Source of the DNA: Escherichia coli
Lineage (GTDB): Bacteria > Pseudomonadota > Gammaproteobacteria > Enterobacterales > Enterobacteriaceae
Assembly (NCBI RefSeq): GCF_016903815.1
Contig: NZ_CP069973.1
DNA length: 64,000 bases
Direction: 5' to 3' (one strand)
Under the pieces are notes generated by a model. The model saw only the letters and a list, made by a program, of their open reading frames with translations. It had not been told where the DNA came from and ran no database searches. The position numbers and the translations under genes were made by a program. Numbering within the stretch: position 1 is the first letter of the stretch; each line of letters opens with the position of its first letter. Below are positions 49,534-62,067 of the stretch, piece by piece.

Positions 49534-50768
49534 TACAGGCCTCCGAACAACGCGTTAAACGGTTCTACTTCCACCCATTCGCCCGCTTCAACATTGCCGC
49601 GATCGCGCTCCAGCACGATAAAGCAGTTACCGAGGCTAAAGGAGCTAAATATATGTGAACCCTGATGTCCGGTGGTCGTCACTTCCAGTTCGCCATCGGC
49701 GTTGCGTTGCAGCACGCCGCGCTGGAAATCAAGGCGTCCTGGCGATTTCTTCAGAGGCGATGCCGTGCGCACACGCTGGCGCGCGGGCAGGCCGCTGGCG
49801 GTATTGCCGCTTAGTTTTGCCAGCAAAGGCTGTACCAGTTGATAGAAGGTCAGCGTCGCTGAAACCGGGTTGCCCGGCAGGCCGCAGAACCAGCTATTAG
49901 AAAGTTTTCCGAACGCGAACGGTTTACCTGGTTTAATCGCCAGCTTCCAGAAGGCGATCTCCCCCAGCTCTTCAAGAATGGTTTTGGTGTAATCCGCTTC
50001 ACCCACTGAAACACCGCCGGAACTGATCACCACATCCGCCTGGCTGTCGGCTTCAATAAAAGCGGCGCGCAGGGCATGGGGATCGTCGCGGATAATCCCT
50101 AAGTTGATTACCTCGCATCCCAGCTGTTCTAACATCAGGTGTACGGCGAGACGGTTGGTATCGTAGATTTGGCCGTCGCCCAGCGGCTGGCCTGGCAACT
50201 GGAGTTCATCACCGGTAGAAAACAGCGCTACACGCACTTTACGAATCACCGGAACTTCGGCAATCCCCAGTGAAGCAATTACTGGCAGCTCTGCGGTAGT
50301 CAGGCGTGTTCCCGCCGGGAAAACAACCGCACCCGCAGAGATATCTTCACCGCGACGGCGAATATTTTGCCCGCTACGCACTTCAGCAGTAAAACGCACG
50401 CCATTGTCCGTTTGTTCAGTCTGTTCCTGCATGACCACCGCTTCGCAGCCTTCTGGCACCGGCGCACCGGTCATAATACGAATGCAGGTACCCGCAGGCC
50501 ATTCACCATGGTACGGCTGACCGGCAAAGGATTTACCGGCAACGGGCAGCGGTTGCCCGGAGGCAATATCGGCTAAACGCACCGCGTAGCCGTCCATAGC
50601 GGAGTTATCAAACCCCGGGACATCAAGCGGCGAAACGACATCGCTCGCCAGAATACGACCAAAACACTGTACCAGTGGCAGCGTTTCCTGGGCGGTCAGT
50701 GGGGTGACGCGAGAAAGCATCTCATTAAGCGCGGTGTCGAGCGACATCAATCCGGTGGTAAATTCCAT
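49533..50768 (-). CDS. moeA: molybdopterin molybdenumtransferase MoeA
   Basis: 411 aa; moeA-moeB operon arrangement with overlapping stop and start. Confidence 0.93.
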   Translation of the reverse strand: MEFTTGLMSLDTALNEMLSRVTPLTAQETLPLVQCFGRILASDVVSPLDVPGFDNSAMDGYAVRLADIASGQPLPVAGKSFAGQPYHGEWPAGTCIRIMTGAPVPEGCEAVVMQEQTEQTDNGVRFTAEVRSGQNIRRRGEDISAGAVVFPAGTRLTTAELPVIASLGIAEVPVIRKVRVALFSTGDELQLPGQPLGDGQIYDTNRLAVHLMLEQLGCEVINLGIIRDDPHALRAAFIEADSQADVVISSGGVSVGEADYTKTILEELGEIAFWKLAIKPGKPFAFGKLSNSWFCGLPGNPVSATLTFYQLVQPLLAKLSGNTASGLPARQRVRTASPLKKSPGRLDFQRGVLQRNADGELEVTTTGHQGSHIFSSFSLGNCFIVLERDRGNVEAGEWVEVEPFNALFGGL

Positions 50769-50971
50769 GAAAACACTCCTGCGGAGGCAAAATCGAATTT
50801 GCCTATTATGTCAGAAAAACGCCACAGACTGTATGCCACCTCGGGCGTAGCGCTGGCTCCTGCCTTTACATGCCATATCCATCTTTCTATATTCAAAAAT
50901 TGAATGAGTAATTCATAAAAATTCTGATATTTATAGCAAAAGTGGCGAGCCACCCTTAATGGATGAATACT

Positions 50972-51937
50972 ATGGGCAAAGCAGTCATTGCAATTCATGG
51001 CGGCGCAGGTGCAATTAGCCGCGCGCAGATGAGTCTGCAACAGGAATTACGCTACATCGAGGCGCTGTCTGCCATTGTTGAAACCGGGCAGAAAATGCTG
51101 GAAGCGGGCGAAAGTGCGCTGGATGTGGTGACGGAAGCGGTGCGTCTGCTGGAAGAGTGTCCACTGTTTAACGCCGGAATTGGCGCTGTCTTTACGCGTG
51201 ATGAAACCCATGAACTGGACGCCTGTGTGATGGATGGTAACACCCTGAAAGCCGGTGCGGTGGCGGGCGTTAGTCATCTGCGTAATCCGGTTCTTGCCGC
51301 CCGGCTGGTGATGGAGCAAAGCCCGCATGTGATGATGATTGGCGAAGGGGCAGAAAATTTTGCGTTTGCTCATGGCATGGAGCGCGTCTCACCGGAGATT
51401 TTCTCCACGCCTTTGCGTTATGAACAACTAATGGCAGCGCGTGAGGAAGGGGCAACAGTCCTCGACCATAGCGGTGCGCAACTGGATGAAAAACAGAAAA
51501 TGGGCACCGTGGGGGCCGTGGCGTTGGATTTAGACGGCAATCTGGCGGCAGCCACGTCCACGGGCGGAATGACCAATAAATTACCCGGACGAGTTGGCGA
51601 TAGTCCCTTAGTGGGTGCCGGATGCTACGCCAATAACGCCAGTGTGGCGGTTTCTTGTACCGGCACGGGCGAAGTCTTCATCCGCGCGCTGGCGGCATAT
51701 GACATCGCCGCGTTAATGGATTACGGCGGATTAAGTCTCGCGGAAGCCTGCGAGCGGGTAGTAATGGAAAAACTCCCTGCGCTTGGCGGTAGCGGTGGCT
51801 TAATCGCTATCGACCATGAAGGGAATGTCGCGCTACCGTTTAACACCGAAGGAATGTATCGCGCCTGGGGCTACGCAGGCGATACGCCAACCACCGGTAT
51901 CTACCGTGAAAAAGGGGACACCGTTGCCACACAGTGA
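50972..51937 (+). CDS. iaaA: isoaspartyl peptidase / L-asparaginase IaaA (Ntn hydrolase)
   Basis: ORF 50963..51937; start placed at [13 protein letters not shown] (321 aa); Thr nucleophile region GTVGAVALD. Confidence 0.92.
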   Translation: MGKAVIAIHGGAGAISRAQMSLQQELRYIEALSAIVETGQKMLEAGESALDVVTEAVRLLEECPLFNAGIGAVFTRDETHELDACVMDGNTLKAGAVAGVSHLRNPVLAARLVMEQSPHVMMIGEGAENFAFAHGMERVSPEIFSTPLRYEQLMAAREEGATVLDHSGAQLDEKQKMGTVGAVALDLDGNLAAATSTGGMTNKLPGRVGDSPLVGAGCYANNASVAVSCTGTGEVFIRALAAYDIAALMDYGGLSLAEACERVVMEKLPALGGSGGLIAIDHEGNVALPFNTEGMYRAWGYAGDTPTTGIYREKGDTVATQ

Positions 51938-53795
51938 TGAACTTGATGCCGGTGATGTGCTGGCGGTTGAAAATCTGAATATTGCCTTTATGCAGGACCA
52001 GCAGAAAATAGCTGTGGTCCGCAATCTCTCTTTTAGCCTGCAACGCGGTGAGACGCTGGCAATTGTTGGCGAATCCGGCTCTGGTAAGTCAGTGACTGCG
52101 CTGGCATTGATGCGCTTGTTGGAACAGGCGGGCGGTTTAGTGCAGTGCGATCAAATGCTGTTGCGGCGGCGCAGTCGTGAAGTGATTGAACTTAGCGAGC
52201 AGAGCGCTGCACAAATGCGCCATGTGCGCGGTGCGGATATGGCGATGATATTTCAGGAGCCGATGACATCGCTGAACCCGGTATTTACTGTGGGTGAACA
52301 GATTGCTGAATCTATTCGTCTGCATCAAAACGCCAGTCGTGAAGAAGCAATGGTCGAGGCGAAGCGGATGCTGGATCAGGTACGCATTCCGGAGGCACAA
52401 ACCATCCTTTCACGTTATCCGCATCAACTCTCTGGCGGGATGCGCCAGCGAGTGATGATTGCGATGGCGCTGTCATGCCACCCGGCGGTGCTGATTGCCG
52501 ATGAGCCAACCACCGCGCTGGATGTCACTATTCAGGCGCAGATCCTGCAATTAATCAAAGTATTGCAAAAAGAGATGTCGATGGGCGTTATCTTTATCAC
52601 TCACGATATGGGCGTGGTGGCAGAGATTGCCGATCGGGTACTGGTGATGTATCAGGGCGAGGCGGTGGAAACGGGTAGCGTCGAACAGATTTTTCATGCA
52701 CCGCAACATCCTTACACCCGTGCGCTGTTAGCTGCTGTTCCGCAACTTGGTGCGATGAAAGGGTTAGATTATCCCCGACGTTTCCCATTGATATCGCTTG
52801 AACATCCAGCGAAACAGGAACCACCCATCGAGCAGAAAACGGTGGTGGATGGCGAACCTGTTTTACGGGTGCGTAATCTGGTCACCCGTTTCCCTTTGCG
52901 CAGCGGTTTGTTGAATCGCGTAACGCGGGAAGTGCATGCCGTTGAGAAAGTCAGTTTTGATCTCTGGCCTGGCGAAACGCTATCGCTGGTGGGCGAGTCT
53001 GGCAGCGGTAAATCCACTACCGGGCGGGCGTTGCTGCGCCTGGTCGAATCGCAGGGCGGCGAAATTATCTTTAACGGTCAGCGAATCGATACCTTGTCAC
53101 CCGGCAAACTTCAGGCATTGCGCCGGGATATTCAGTTTATTTTTCAGGACCCTTACGCTTCGCTGGACCCACGTCAGACCATCGGTGATTCGATTATCGA
53201 ACCGCTGCGCGTACACGGTTTATTGACAGGTAAAGAAGCGGCTGCACGCGTTGCGTGGTTGCTGGAGCGCGTGGGCCTGTTACCTGAACATGCCTGGCGT
53301 TACCCGCATGAGTTTTCCGGCGGTCAGCGCCAGCGCATCTGCATTGCTCGCGCGTTGGCATTGAATCCAAAAGTGATCATTGCCGACGAAGCCGTTTCGG
53401 CGCTGGATGTTTCTATTCGCGGGCAGATTATCAACTTGTTGCTCGATCTCCAGCGTGATTTCGGCATTGCGTATCTGTTTATCTCCCACGATATGGCCGT
53501 GGTAGAGCGGATTAGTCATCGTGTGGCGGTGATGTATCTCGGACAAATTGTTGAAATTGGTCCACGGCGCGCGGTCTTCGAAAACCCGCAGCATCTTTAT
53601 ACGCGTAAATTACTGGCGGCAGTTCCGGTCGCTGAACCGTCCCGACAACGACCGCAGCGTGTACTGCTGTCGGACGATCTTCCCAGCAATATTCATCTGC
53701 GTGGCGAAGAGGTGGCAGCCGTCTCGTTGCAATGCGTCGGGCCGGGGCATTACGTCGCACAACCACAATCAGAATACGCATTCATGCGTAGATAA
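51924..53795 (+). CDS. gsiA: glutathione ABC importer ATP-binding protein GsiA (two nucleotide-binding domains)
   Basis: ORF 51816..53795; start placed at the TTG giving (M)PHSDELDAG… (623 aa), overlapping the iaaA 3' end; two Walker A motifs (GESGSGKS twice). Confidence 0.85.
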   Translation: MPHSDELDAGDVLAVENLNIAFMQDQQKIAVVRNLSFSLQRGETLAIVGESGSGKSVTALALMRLLEQAGGLVQCDQMLLRRRSREVIELSEQSAAQMRHVRGADMAMIFQEPMTSLNPVFTVGEQIAESIRLHQNASREEAMVEAKRMLDQVRIPEAQTILSRYPHQLSGGMRQRVMIAMALSCHPAVLIADEPTTALDVTIQAQILQLIKVLQKEMSMGVIFITHDMGVVAEIADRVLVMYQGEAVETGSVEQIFHAPQHPYTRALLAAVPQLGAMKGLDYPRRFPLISLEHPAKQEPPIEQKTVVDGEPVLRVRNLVTRFPLRSGLLNRVTREVHAVEKVSFDLWPGETLSLVGESGSGKSTTGRALLRLVESQGGEIIFNGQRIDTLSPGKLQALRRDIQFIFQDPYASLDPRQTIGDSIIEPLRVHGLLTGKEAAARVAWLLERVGLLPEHAWRYPHEFSGGQRQRICIARALALNPKVIIADEAVSALDVSIRGQIINLLLDLQRDFGIAYLFISHDMAVVERISHRVAVMYLGQIVEIGPRRAVFENPQHLYTRKLLAAVPVAEPSRQRPQRVLLSDDLPSNIHLRGEEVAAVSLQCVGPGHYVAQPQSEYAFMRR

Positions 53796-53814
53796 CATTC
53801 AGGCGGAGAATAAA

Positions 53815-55353
53815 ATGGCAAGAGCTGTACACCGTAGTGGGTTAGTGGCGCTGGGCATTGCGACAGCGTTGATGGCATCTTGTGCATTCGCTGCCAAAGA
53901 TGTGGTGGTGGCGGTAGGATCGAACTTCACCACGCTCGATCCGTATGACGCAAATGACACGTTATCTCAGGCCGTAGCGAAATCGTTTTACCAGGGGCTG
54001 TTCGGTCTCGATAAAGAGATGAAACTGAAAAACGTGCTGGCGGAGAGTTATACCGTTTCCGATGACGGCCTTACTTACACCGTGAAATTGCGGGAAGGAA
54101 TTAAATTCCAGGATGGCACCGACTTCAACGCAGCGGCGGTAAAAGCGAATCTGGACCGGGCCAGCGATCCGGCGAATCATCTTAAACGCTACAACCTGTA
54201 TAAGAATATTGCCAAAACGGAAGCGATCGATCCAACAACGGTAAAGATTACCCTCAAACAGCCGTTCTCAGCGTTTATTAATATTCTTGCCCATCCGGCG
54301 ACCGCGATGATTTCGCCGGCAGCGCTGGAAAAATATGGCAAGGAGATTGGTTTTCATCCGGTGGGAACCGGGCCGTATGAACTGGATACCTGGAATCAGA
54401 CCGATTTTGTGAAGGTGAAAAAATTCGCGGGTTACTGGCAGCCAGGATTGCCCAAACTGGACAGCATAACCTGGCGTCCGGTGGCGGATAACAATACCCG
54501 CGCGGCAATGCTGCAAACCGGTGAAGCGCAGTTTGCTTTCCCCATTCCCTACGAGCAGGCCGCACTGCTGGAGAAAAACAAAAATATCGAGTTGATGGCC
54601 AGTCCGTCAATTATGCAGCGTTATATCAGTATGAACGTGACGCAAAAGCCGTTCGATAACCCGAAGGTCCGTGAGGCGCTGAATTACGCCATTAACCGCC
54701 CGGCGCTGGTGAAAGTAGCCTTCGCGGGCTATGCAACGCCAGCTACTGGTGTGGTACCGCCGAGTATCGCCTACGCGCAAAGTTATAAACCGTGGCCTTA
54801 CGATCCAGTGAAAGCGCGCGAATTACTGAAAGAGGCGGGATATCCCAACGGTTTCAGTACCACGCTGTGGTCGTCACATAACCACAGCACCGCGCAGAAA
54901 GTGCTGCAATTTACCCAGCAGCAGTTAGCGCAGGTCGGGATTAAAGCCCAGGTGACTGCGATGGATGCCGGACATCGGGCGGCAGAAGTTGAAGGTAAAG
55001 GGCAAAAAGAGAGCGGAGTGAGGATGTTCTACACTGGCTGGTCGGCTTCAACCGGCGAAGCTGACTGGGCACTATCGCCGCTGTTTGCATCGCAAAACTG
55101 GCCACCGACGCTGTTTAATACCGCGTTTTACAGCAATAAACAGGTGGATGACTTCCTGGCTCAGGCACTGAAAACTAATGATCCGGCGGAAAAGACCCGT
55201 TTATATAAGGCGGCGCAGGATATCATCTGGCAAGAGTCGCCGTGGATCCCGCTGGTGGTAGAAAAACTGGTGTCGGCACACAGTAAAAACCTGACCGGTT
55301 TTTGGATCATGCCAGACACCGGTTTCAGCTTTGAAGACGCGGATTTGCAATAA
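53815..55353 (+). CDS. gsiB: glutathione-binding periplasmic protein GsiB
   Basis: ORF 53548..55353; start placed at [26 protein letters not shown] (512 aa) with signal peptide. Confidence 0.92.
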   Translation: MARAVHRSGLVALGIATALMASCAFAAKDVVVAVGSNFTTLDPYDANDTLSQAVAKSFYQGLFGLDKEMKLKNVLAESYTVSDDGLTYTVKLREGIKFQDGTDFNAAAVKANLDRASDPANHLKRYNLYKNIAKTEAIDPTTVKITLKQPFSAFINILAHPATAMISPAALEKYGKEIGFHPVGTGPYELDTWNQTDFVKVKKFAGYWQPGLPKLDSITWRPVADNNTRAAMLQTGEAQFAFPIPYEQAALLEKNKNIELMASPSIMQRYISMNVTQKPFDNPKVREALNYAINRPALVKVAFAGYATPATGVVPPSIAYAQSYKPWPYDPVKARELLKEAGYPNGFSTTLWSSHNHSTAQKVLQFTQQQLAQVGIKAQVTAMDAGHRAAEVEGKGQKESGVRMFYTGWSASTGEADWALSPLFASQNWPPTLFNTAFYSNKQVDDFLAQALKTNDPAEKTRLYKAAQDIIWQESPWIPLVVEKLVSAHSKNLTGFWIMPDTGFSFEDADLQ

Positions 55354-55370
55354 GCAACGCAGGGAGTGGA

Positions 55371-56291
55371 ATGCTTAATTACGTTATCAAACGCTTACTG
55401 GGGTTGATTCCAACGCTGTTTATCGTCTCGGTGCTGGTGTTTTTATTTGTCCATATGCTGCCCGGCGATCCGGCGCGATTGATTGCCGGGCCCGAAGCTG
55501 ATGCGCAGGTTATAGAACTGGTGCGTCAGCAGCTGGGGTTGGATCAGCCGCTGTATCACCAGTTCTGGCACTATATCAGCAATGCTGTGCAGGGGGATTT
55601 TGGCCTGTCGATGGTGTCGCGTCGTCCGGTTGCCGATGAGATTGCCAGCCGCTTTATGCCAACGCTGTGGCTGACCATAACCAGTATGGTCTGGGCGGTG
55701 ATATTTGGTATGGCGGCGGGAATTATCGCCGCCGTCTGGCGTAATCGTTGGCCGGATCGATTGAGTATGACCATTGCGGTGTCGGGGATCTCGTTTCCGG
55801 CATTTGCGCTGGGGATGCTTTTAATTCAGGTATTCTCCGTTGAACTGGGCTGGCTGCCTACCGTGGGAGCAGACAGTTGGCAGCACTACATTTTACCCTC
55901 CCTGACGCTCGGCGCGGCAGTGGCAGCCGTGATGGCGCGCTTTACCCGCGCGTCGTTTGTCGATGTTTTAAGCGAAGATTATATGCGTACCGCGAGGGCG
56001 AAAGGGGTGAGCGAAACCTGGGTTGTCCTCAAACACGGGCTACGTAACGCGATGATCCCGGTAGTGACCATGATGGGCTTACAGTTTGGCTTCTTGCTCG
56101 GTGGTTCCATCGTGGTGGAGAAGGTTTTCAACTGGCCCGGACTTGGACGCTTACTCGTTGACTCCGTAGAAATGCGCGATTACCCGGTGATTCAGGCGGA
56201 AATTCTGCTTTTCTCGCTGGAATTTATTCTTATCAACTTAGTGGTGGATGTGCTTTACGCCGCCATTAACCCGGCTATCAGGTACAAGTAA
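55371..56291 (+). CDS. gsiC: glutathione ABC importer permease GsiC
   Basis: 306-aa DppB/OppB-type permease. Confidence 0.93.
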   Translation: MLNYVIKRLLGLIPTLFIVSVLVFLFVHMLPGDPARLIAGPEADAQVIELVRQQLGLDQPLYHQFWHYISNAVQGDFGLSMVSRRPVADEIASRFMPTLWLTITSMVWAVIFGMAAGIIAAVWRNRWPDRLSMTIAVSGISFPAFALGMLLIQVFSVELGWLPTVGADSWQHYILPSLTLGAAVAAVMARFTRASFVDVLSEDYMRTARAKGVSETWVVLKHGLRNAMIPVVTMMGLQFGFLLGGSIVVEKVFNWPGLGRLLVDSVEMRDYPVIQAEILLFSLEFILINLVVDVLYAAINPAIRYK

Positions 56292-56293
56292 GG

Positions 56294-57205
56294 ATGCGAC
56301 TATTTAACTGGCGACGTCAGGCGGCGTTAAACGCCATGCCACTGGTCAAACCTGACCAGGTACGTACACCGTGGCATGAATTCTGGCGACGATTTCGCCG
56401 TCAGCATATGGCGATGACCGCCGCATTATTCGTTATTTTATTGATTGTAGTGGCCATTTTTGCACGCTGGATCGCTCCCTATGACGCCGAAAATTATTTC
56501 GATTATGACAATCTGAATAACGGACCTTCTTTGCAGCACTGGTTTGGCGTCGATTCACTGGGGCGCGACATTTTCAGCCGTGTCCTGGTTGGTGCGCAAA
56601 TCTCACTGGCGGCGGGTGTGTTTGCCGTGTTTATCGGTGCGGCGATCGGGACGTTGCTGGGCTTGCTTGCTGGATATTATGAAGGCTGGTGGGATCGGCT
56701 AATCATGCGCATTTGCGATGTGCTGTTTGCCTTCCCGGGTATTTTACTGGCGATCGCTGTTGTTGCGGTGTTGGGAAGCGGCATTGCTAACGTGATTATC
56801 GCTGTCGCCATTTTTTCCATCCCCGCGTTTGCCCGCCTGGTGCGCGGCAACACGCTGGTGTTGAAACAGCAAACCTTTATTGAGTCAGCACGCAGTATTG
56901 GTGCCAGCGATATGACCATTTTATTGCGTCATATCTTGCCTGGGACCGTCTCTTCTATCGTGGTGTTTTTCACCATGCGCATCGGCACCTCGATTATCTC
57001 TGCCGCCAGCCTGTCATTTCTCGGCCTCGGTGCGCAGCCGCCGACACCAGAGTGGGGAGCAATGCTCAATGAGGCACGAGCGGATATGGTTATCGCGCCG
57101 CATGTCGCTGTTTTTCCGGCCCTGGCTATTTTTCTGACCGTACTGGCGTTCAATTTGTTGGGCGATGGTTTACGCGATGCGCTGGATCCGAAAATTAAAG
57201 GATAG
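56294..57205 (+). CDS. gsiD: glutathione ABC importer permease GsiD
   Basis: 303-aa DppC/OppC-type permease. Confidence 0.93.
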   Translation: MRLFNWRRQAALNAMPLVKPDQVRTPWHEFWRRFRRQHMAMTAALFVILLIVVAIFARWIAPYDAENYFDYDNLNNGPSLQHWFGVDSLGRDIFSRVLVGAQISLAAGVFAVFIGAAIGTLLGLLAGYYEGWWDRLIMRICDVLFAFPGILLAIAVVAVLGSGIANVIIAVAIFSIPAFARLVRGNTLVLKQQTFIESARSIGASDMTILLRHILPGTVSSIVVFFTMRIGTSIISAASLSFLGLGAQPPTPEWGAMLNEARADMVIAPHVAVFPALAIFLTVLAFNLLGDGLRDALDPKIKG

Positions 57206-57382
57206 TTACGTTTGAATATTGCTTGAAAGGGTAATCACCTCACAGGAAATTATTGCCCTAAGCAAGTGTTGTAACTTTCTGCTGATTTTGTAGAATCGGG
57301 TAATTTGGTTAAAAAGCCGCAGCAAGGGACAATTTTTGCAGCGGCACAGCGTTCAGATAGTTATTTTGTTAAATGTATTAAC

Positions 57383-59731
57383 ATGCTGAGTTTATACGAA
57401 AAGATAAAGATAAGGCTGATAATTTTATTTTTATTGGCAGCACTGTCATTTATTGGTCTTTTTTTCATCATTAACTATCAACTGGTATCGGAGCGCGCGG
57501 TAAAACGTGCCGATAGCCGCTTTGAACTTATTCAGAAAAACGTTGGCTATTTCTTTAAAGATATTGAACGTTCGGCCCTGACATTAAAGGACTCACTGTA
57601 TTTATTAAAAAATACAGAGGAGATTCAACGCGCCGTGATTCTTAAAATGGAAATGATGCCATTTTTAGACTCGGTGGGACTGGTACTTGATGATAATAAA
57701 TATTATCTTTTTTCGCGGAGGGCGAATGATAAAATCGTTGTTTATCATCAGGAACAAGTAAATGGACCGCTTGTCGACGAGTCAGGGCGGGTAATTTTTG
57801 CCGATTTTAACCCATCGAAACGACCGTGGTCGGTGGCTTCAGATGACTCTAACAACAGCTGGAATCCGGCATACAATTGCTTTGATCGTCCGGGTAAAAA
57901 ATGTATCTCTTTTACACTACACATCAACGGCAAAGATCATGATTTGTTAGCGGTGGATAAAATTCATGTCGATTTAAACTGGCGATATCTGAACGAGTAT
58001 CTTGATCAAATCAGCGCTAATGATGAAGTTCTATTTTTAAAACAAGGCCATGAGATCATTGCCAAGAATCAACTCGCTCGTGAAAAACTAATTATTTATA
58101 ATAGCGAAGGTAATTATAATATTATTGATTCTGTCGATACTGAATATATCGAAAAAACTTCAGCGGTGCCAAACAACGCATTATTCGAAATCTATTTTTA
58201 TTATCCTGGTGGTAATTTATTGAACGCATCAGATAAACTTTTTTATCTGCCGTTTGCTTTCATTATTATCGTATTGCTGGTGGTTTATTTAATGACCACT
58301 CGTGTGTTCCGTCGGCAATTTTCTGAAATGACAGAGCTGGTTAATACGCTGGCGTTTTTGCCTGACTCAACGGATCAAATCGAGGCTCTGAAAATTCGCG
58401 AAGGCGATGCGAAAGAGATTATCAGCATCAAAAATTCGATCGCGGAAATGAAAGATGCCGAAATTGAACGGTCAAATAAATTGCTCTCACTGATCTCTTA
58501 CGATCAGGAAAGCGGTTTTATTAAAAATATGGCGATTATTGAGTCCAACAATAATCAGTATCTGGCTGTGGGGATCATCAAACTGTGTGGTCTGGAAGCC
58601 GTGGAAGCGGTGTTTGGTGTTGATGAACGCAATAAAATCGTCAGGAAATTGTGTCAGCGAATTGCCGAGAAATATGCGCAATGCTGCGATATCGTGACAT
58701 TCAATGCCGATCTCTATTTACTTCTGTGCCGGGAAAATGTACAGACATTTACCCGTAAAATAGCGATGATAAACGATTTTGACAGCAGCTTTGGCTACCG
58801 CAATCTGCGCATCCATAAGTCTGCCATTTGTGAACCTTTGCAGGGAGAAAACGCCTGGAGTTACGCAGAAAAACTGAAACTGGCGATTTCCAGTATCCGT
58901 GACCATATGTTCTCAGAGTTTATTTTCTGTGATGACGCGAAACTCAACGAAATAGAAGAGAATATCTGGATTGCGCGTAATATTCGCCATGCAATGGAAA
59001 TTGGCGAACTATTCCTCGTCTATCAACCGATCGTTGATATTAACACCCGCGCCATTCTGGGCGCGGAGGCGTTGTGCCGTTGGGTGTCTGCGGAGCGGGG
59101 GATCATTTCACCGCTAAAGTTCATTACCATTGCTGAAGATATCGGGTTTATCAATGAGCTGGGTTATCAGATTATTAAAACGGCAATGGGTGAATTCAGA
59201 CATTTTAGTCAGCGTGCGTCGCTGAAGGATGATTTCTTACTGCATATTAATGTTTCGCCCTGGCAGTTAAACGAACCACACTTTCATGAGCGTTTTACCA
59301 CCATCATGAAAGAAAATGGCCTGAAGGAGAACAGCCTCTGTGTTGAGATCACTGAAACCGTGATCGAGCGAATTAATGAACATTTTTATCTCAATATTGA
59401 ACAACTGCGTAAACAAGGGGTACAGATATCGATTGATGACTTTGGCACCGGTTTGTCAAACCTGAAACGTTTTTATGAAATTAATCCAGATAGCATAAAA
59501 GTGGACTCACAATTTACCGGCGATATTTTCGGTACTGCGGGAAAAATTGTGCGCATTATTTTCGATCTGGCACGCTATAACCGGATCCCGGTGATTGCGG
59601 AAGGCGTAGAGAGCGAAGACGTTGCGCGCGAATTAATCAAATTAGGATGTGTTCAGGCTCAGGGGTATCTGTACCAGAAACCCATGCCATTCTCCGCCTG
59701 GGATAAAAGTGGAAAATTAGTAAAAGAGTAG
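57383..59731 (+). CDS. pdeI: c-di-GMP phosphodiesterase PdeI (YliE), membrane-anchored with periplasmic sensor and EAL domain
   Basis: ORF 57305..59731; start placed at [12 protein letters not shown] (782 aa); EAL motif (GAEALCRW) in the C-terminal domain. Confidence 0.88.
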   Translation: MLSLYEKIKIRLIILFLLAALSFIGLFFIINYQLVSERAVKRADSRFELIQKNVGYFFKDIERSALTLKDSLYLLKNTEEIQRAVILKMEMMPFLDSVGLVLDDNKYYLFSRRANDKIVVYHQEQVNGPLVDESGRVIFADFNPSKRPWSVASDDSNNSWNPAYNCFDRPGKKCISFTLHINGKDHDLLAVDKIHVDLNWRYLNEYLDQISANDEVLFLKQGHEIIAKNQLAREKLIIYNSEGNYNIIDSVDTEYIEKTSAVPNNALFEIYFYYPGGNLLNASDKLFYLPFAFIIIVLLVVYLMTTRVFRRQFSEMTELVNTLAFLPDSTDQIEALKIREGDAKEIISIKNSIAEMKDAEIERSNKLLSLISYDQESGFIKNMAIIESNNNQYLAVGIIKLCGLEAVEAVFGVDERNKIVRKLCQRIAEKYAQCCDIVTFNADLYLLLCRENVQTFTRKIAMINDFDSSFGYRNLRIHKSAICEPLQGENAWSYAEKLKLAISSIRDHMFSEFIFCDDAKLNEIEENIWIARNIRHAMEIGELFLVYQPIVDINTRAILGAEALCRWVSAERGIISPLKFITIAEDIGFINELGYQIIKTAMGEFRHFSQRASLKDDFLLHINVSPWQLNEPHFHERFTTIMKENGLKENSLCVEITETVIERINEHFYLNIEQLRKQGVQISIDDFGTGLSNLKRFYEINPDSIKVDSQFTGDIFGTAGKIVRIIFDLARYNRIPVIAEGVESEDVARELIKLGCVQAQGYLYQKPMPFSAWDKSGKLVKE

Positions 59732-59738
59732 TTTACGT

Positions 59739-61067
59739 ATGTCCAGAATCAATAAGTTCGTACTTACAGTCAGTCTGCTGATTTTTATCATGATTTCAGC
59801 AGTTGCCTGCGGGATCTACACTCAAATGGTAAAGGAACGGGTGTATGGCCTGAAACAGTCCGTTATTGATACTGCTTTTGCGGTGGCAAATATTGCTGAA
59901 TATCGGCGTAGCGTGGCAATTGATCTCATCAACACGCTAAACCCCACGGAGGAACAGCTGTTGGTTGGTTTGCGCACAGCTTACGCCGACTCGGTTTCAC
60001 CCTCTTATTTGTACGATGTCGGTCCTTATCTGATTTCCAGTGACGAATGTATTCAGGTAAAGGAGTTCGAGAAAAATTATTGTGCAGATATTATGCAGAT
60101 TGTGAAGTATCGACATGTCAAAAATACAGGGTTTATCTCTTTTGACGGTAAAACCTTCGTCTATTACCTCTATCCGGTAACTCATAATCGTAGTCTGATA
60201 TTTTTGCTTGGTCTGGAGCGTTTTTCTTTACTGTCAAAATCGCTGGCGATGGATAGCGAGAACCTGATGTTCTCTCTGTTTAAGAACGGTAAACCGGTGA
60301 CCGGTGATGAATTTAATGCTAAAAACGCCATCTTCACCGTTTCGGAAGCGATGGAGCACTTCGCCTATTTGCCGACCGGATTGTACGTATTTGCGTATAA
60401 AAAAGATGTTTATTTGCGGGTCTGTACATTGATTATTTTCTTTGCCGCATTGGTGGCAGTGATTTCGGGTGTCAGTTGCCTCTATCTGGTACGCAGAGTG
60501 ATTAATCGTGGTATTGTGGAGAAAGAAGCCATCATTAATAACCATTTTGAACGCGTACTGGATGGCGGGCTTTTCTTTTCGGCTGCCGATGTCAAAAAAC
60601 TCTACAGTCTGTATAACTCGGCGTTCCTGGATGACCTGACCAAAGCAATGGGCAGAAAATCCTTTGACGAAGATTTAAAAGCGCTGCCGGAAAAAGGCGG
60701 TTATTTGTGCCTGTTTGACGTCGATAAATTCAAAAACATCAACGACACTTTCGGTCATTTGCTGGGCGATGAAGTGTTGATGAAAGTGGTGAAAATCCTT
60801 AAATCACAGATCCCCGTAGATAAAGGTAAAGTCTACCGCTTCGGCGGTGACGAATTTGCGGTGATTTATACGGGTGGAACGCTGGAAGAGTTGCTATCGA
60901 TTCTAAAAGAAATTGTTCATTTCCAGGTGGGAAGCATTAATTTAAGCACCAGTATCGGTGTAGCGCATTCAAATGAATGTACTACCGTCGAACGCTTGAA
61001 AATGCTGGCGGATGAGCGGCTGTATAAGAGTAAGAAAAACGGCAGGGCGCAGATTAGCTGGCAGTAG
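59739..61067 (+). CDS. dgcI: diguanylate cyclase DgcI (YliF), GGDEF domain
   Basis: 442 aa with N-terminal TM/periplasmic region and GGDEF motif ([10 protein letters not shown]). Confidence 0.9.
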   Translation: MSRINKFVLTVSLLIFIMISAVACGIYTQMVKERVYGLKQSVIDTAFAVANIAEYRRSVAIDLINTLNPTEEQLLVGLRTAYADSVSPSYLYDVGPYLISSDECIQVKEFEKNYCADIMQIVKYRHVKNTGFISFDGKTFVYYLYPVTHNRSLIFLLGLERFSLLSKSLAMDSENLMFSLFKNGKPVTGDEFNAKNAIFTVSEAMEHFAYLPTGLYVFAYKKDVYLRVCTLIIFFAALVAVISGVSCLYLVRRVINRGIVEKEAIINNHFERVLDGGLFFSAADVKKLYSLYNSAFLDDLTKAMGRKSFDEDLKALPEKGGYLCLFDVDKFKNINDTFGHLLGDEVLMKVVKILKSQIPVDKGKVYRFGGDEFAVIYTGGTLEELLSILKEIVHFQVGSINLSTSIGVAHSNECTTVERLKMLADERLYKSKKNGRAQISWQ

Positions 61068-61081
61068 AATTAGAATAGTGT

Positions 61082-61107
61082 TAGTACCCCTTAATCAAGG
61101 GGTACTA
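61082..61107. terminator. perfect 11-bp-stem hairpin between dgcI and the toxin-antitoxin cassette (likely bidirectional terminator, possibly the cassette junction)
   Basis: tagtacccctt-aatc-aaggggtacta read in sequence. Confidence 0.5.
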
Positions 61108-61136
61108 ATGAATGTGGTAAATCATTTGCAAACATT

Positions 61137-61466
61137 TTACTTTGCAAAAACTTCCGGCCCTTTTATTGCCAATGTATTCAAAATACGTAATGCCGGGCCG
61201 CTCGGTTTTATTTCATTACGTTCCCATTTCGAGACACTTTCTTTTGACATTCCCATTGTATGTGCCAGCACGGATTGTGACATGCCGTATCGGGTGCGGA
61301 TGGCTTTGATCTCTTCACCCGTCATTGATTTGACTTTGGCTATACGGGCGCTGACTTCACGAGCTTTGACCATGACGGCAATGGCATCAACTTCACTATC
61401 AGACATCAGGCCCAGTGCATTCAGTTCCTTTGCATCTTCCAGCATCATTTGTAATTTATCGCTCAT
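61137..61466 (-). CDS. higA: HTH (XRE-family) antitoxin, HigA-like
   Basis: 109 aa; HTH segment …GMSQSVLAHTMGMSKESVSKWE…; located downstream of and overlapping the toxin gene by 11 nt. Confidence 0.65.
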   Translation of the reverse strand: MSDKLQMMLEDAKELNALGLMSDSEVDAIAVMVKAREVSARIAKVKSMTGEEIKAIRTRYGMSQSVLAHTMGMSKESVSKWERNEIKPSGPALRILNTLAIKGPEVFAK

Positions 61467-61842
61467 TTTTCACCTCAATCAAAAAGCCAGTTTCGATCAA
61501 ATCCTCTATTTGCTTATTGCTAAAGGCCAGAAATGCATTTGCCATTTTTTTGTAGGCCGCCAGTTCATCATCTTCGATTTCTTTGGTTCCTTTACTGCTT
61601 AGACCACTCTTGGACCAACCATCATAAAAAAACACATGATTTGCTGATTTAAAAAAGATAATTGTTCTGGCTCCACCACTCTTTCCTTGTTGGAGGGGTA
61701 AACGTTTTTTGATGACACCGCTACCTAAATCAGCCTCCCATATGCCCTGCATCACTTCTTCAGCGGCAGCCATGAGAACTTTATCGTGAATACCAAGTTT
61801 TTTCGTGCTTTGGCTGAATCGTCTTGCCTTATACACACCCAT
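61456..61842 (-). CDS. higB: putative RelE/ParE-superfamily toxin, HigB-like (toxin-first operon)
   Basis: 128 aa; toxin-then-HTH-antitoxin order is typical of HigBA-type modules; contains …GKSGGARTIIFFK…HVFFYDGWSKS…; family assignment is by gene context and recall, not alignment. Confidence 0.55.
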   Translation of the reverse strand: MGVYKARRFSQSTKKLGIHDKVLMAAAEEVMQGIWEADLGSGVIKKRLPLQQGKSGGARTIIFFKSANHVFFYDGWSKSGLSSKGTKEIEDDELAAYKKMANAFLAFSNKQIEDLIETGFLIEVKNER

Positions 61843-61857
61843 ACATCCATCCTTGTG

Positions 61858-61883
61858 GTAATGTTTACTATAGTAACCATTAC
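61858..61883. promoter_or_regulatory. 26-bp near-perfect palindrome (24 of 26) immediately upstream of the toxin SD; candidate toxin-antitoxin operator
   Basis: gtaatgtttactatagtaaccattac, 16 bp upstream of the toxin ATG. Confidence 0.4.
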
Positions 61884-62067
61884 GCTTATTTCAAGTAATT
61901 GCGATCAAAACTTTAATTTGGTGTGAAAAAGTGAGAGTTGCCTCGAGTACGATTCATTTTTCTCGATTTATGCGTCAGGGGATTTTGTGCGTAAGGGTAG
62001 GACATCGGGAAGGGTAGCAGAGGCAGATCGAAGAACAATATCCTTGTTAGATCTGCCTTAAGATTAA

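Noticed and set aside
53548-53814. N-terminal 89-aa extension of the gsiB ORF
   Set aside because: Overlaps the gsiA 3' end; GsiB more plausibly starts at 53815 (MARAVHRSG…), which has a signal peptide and gives the expected 512 aa
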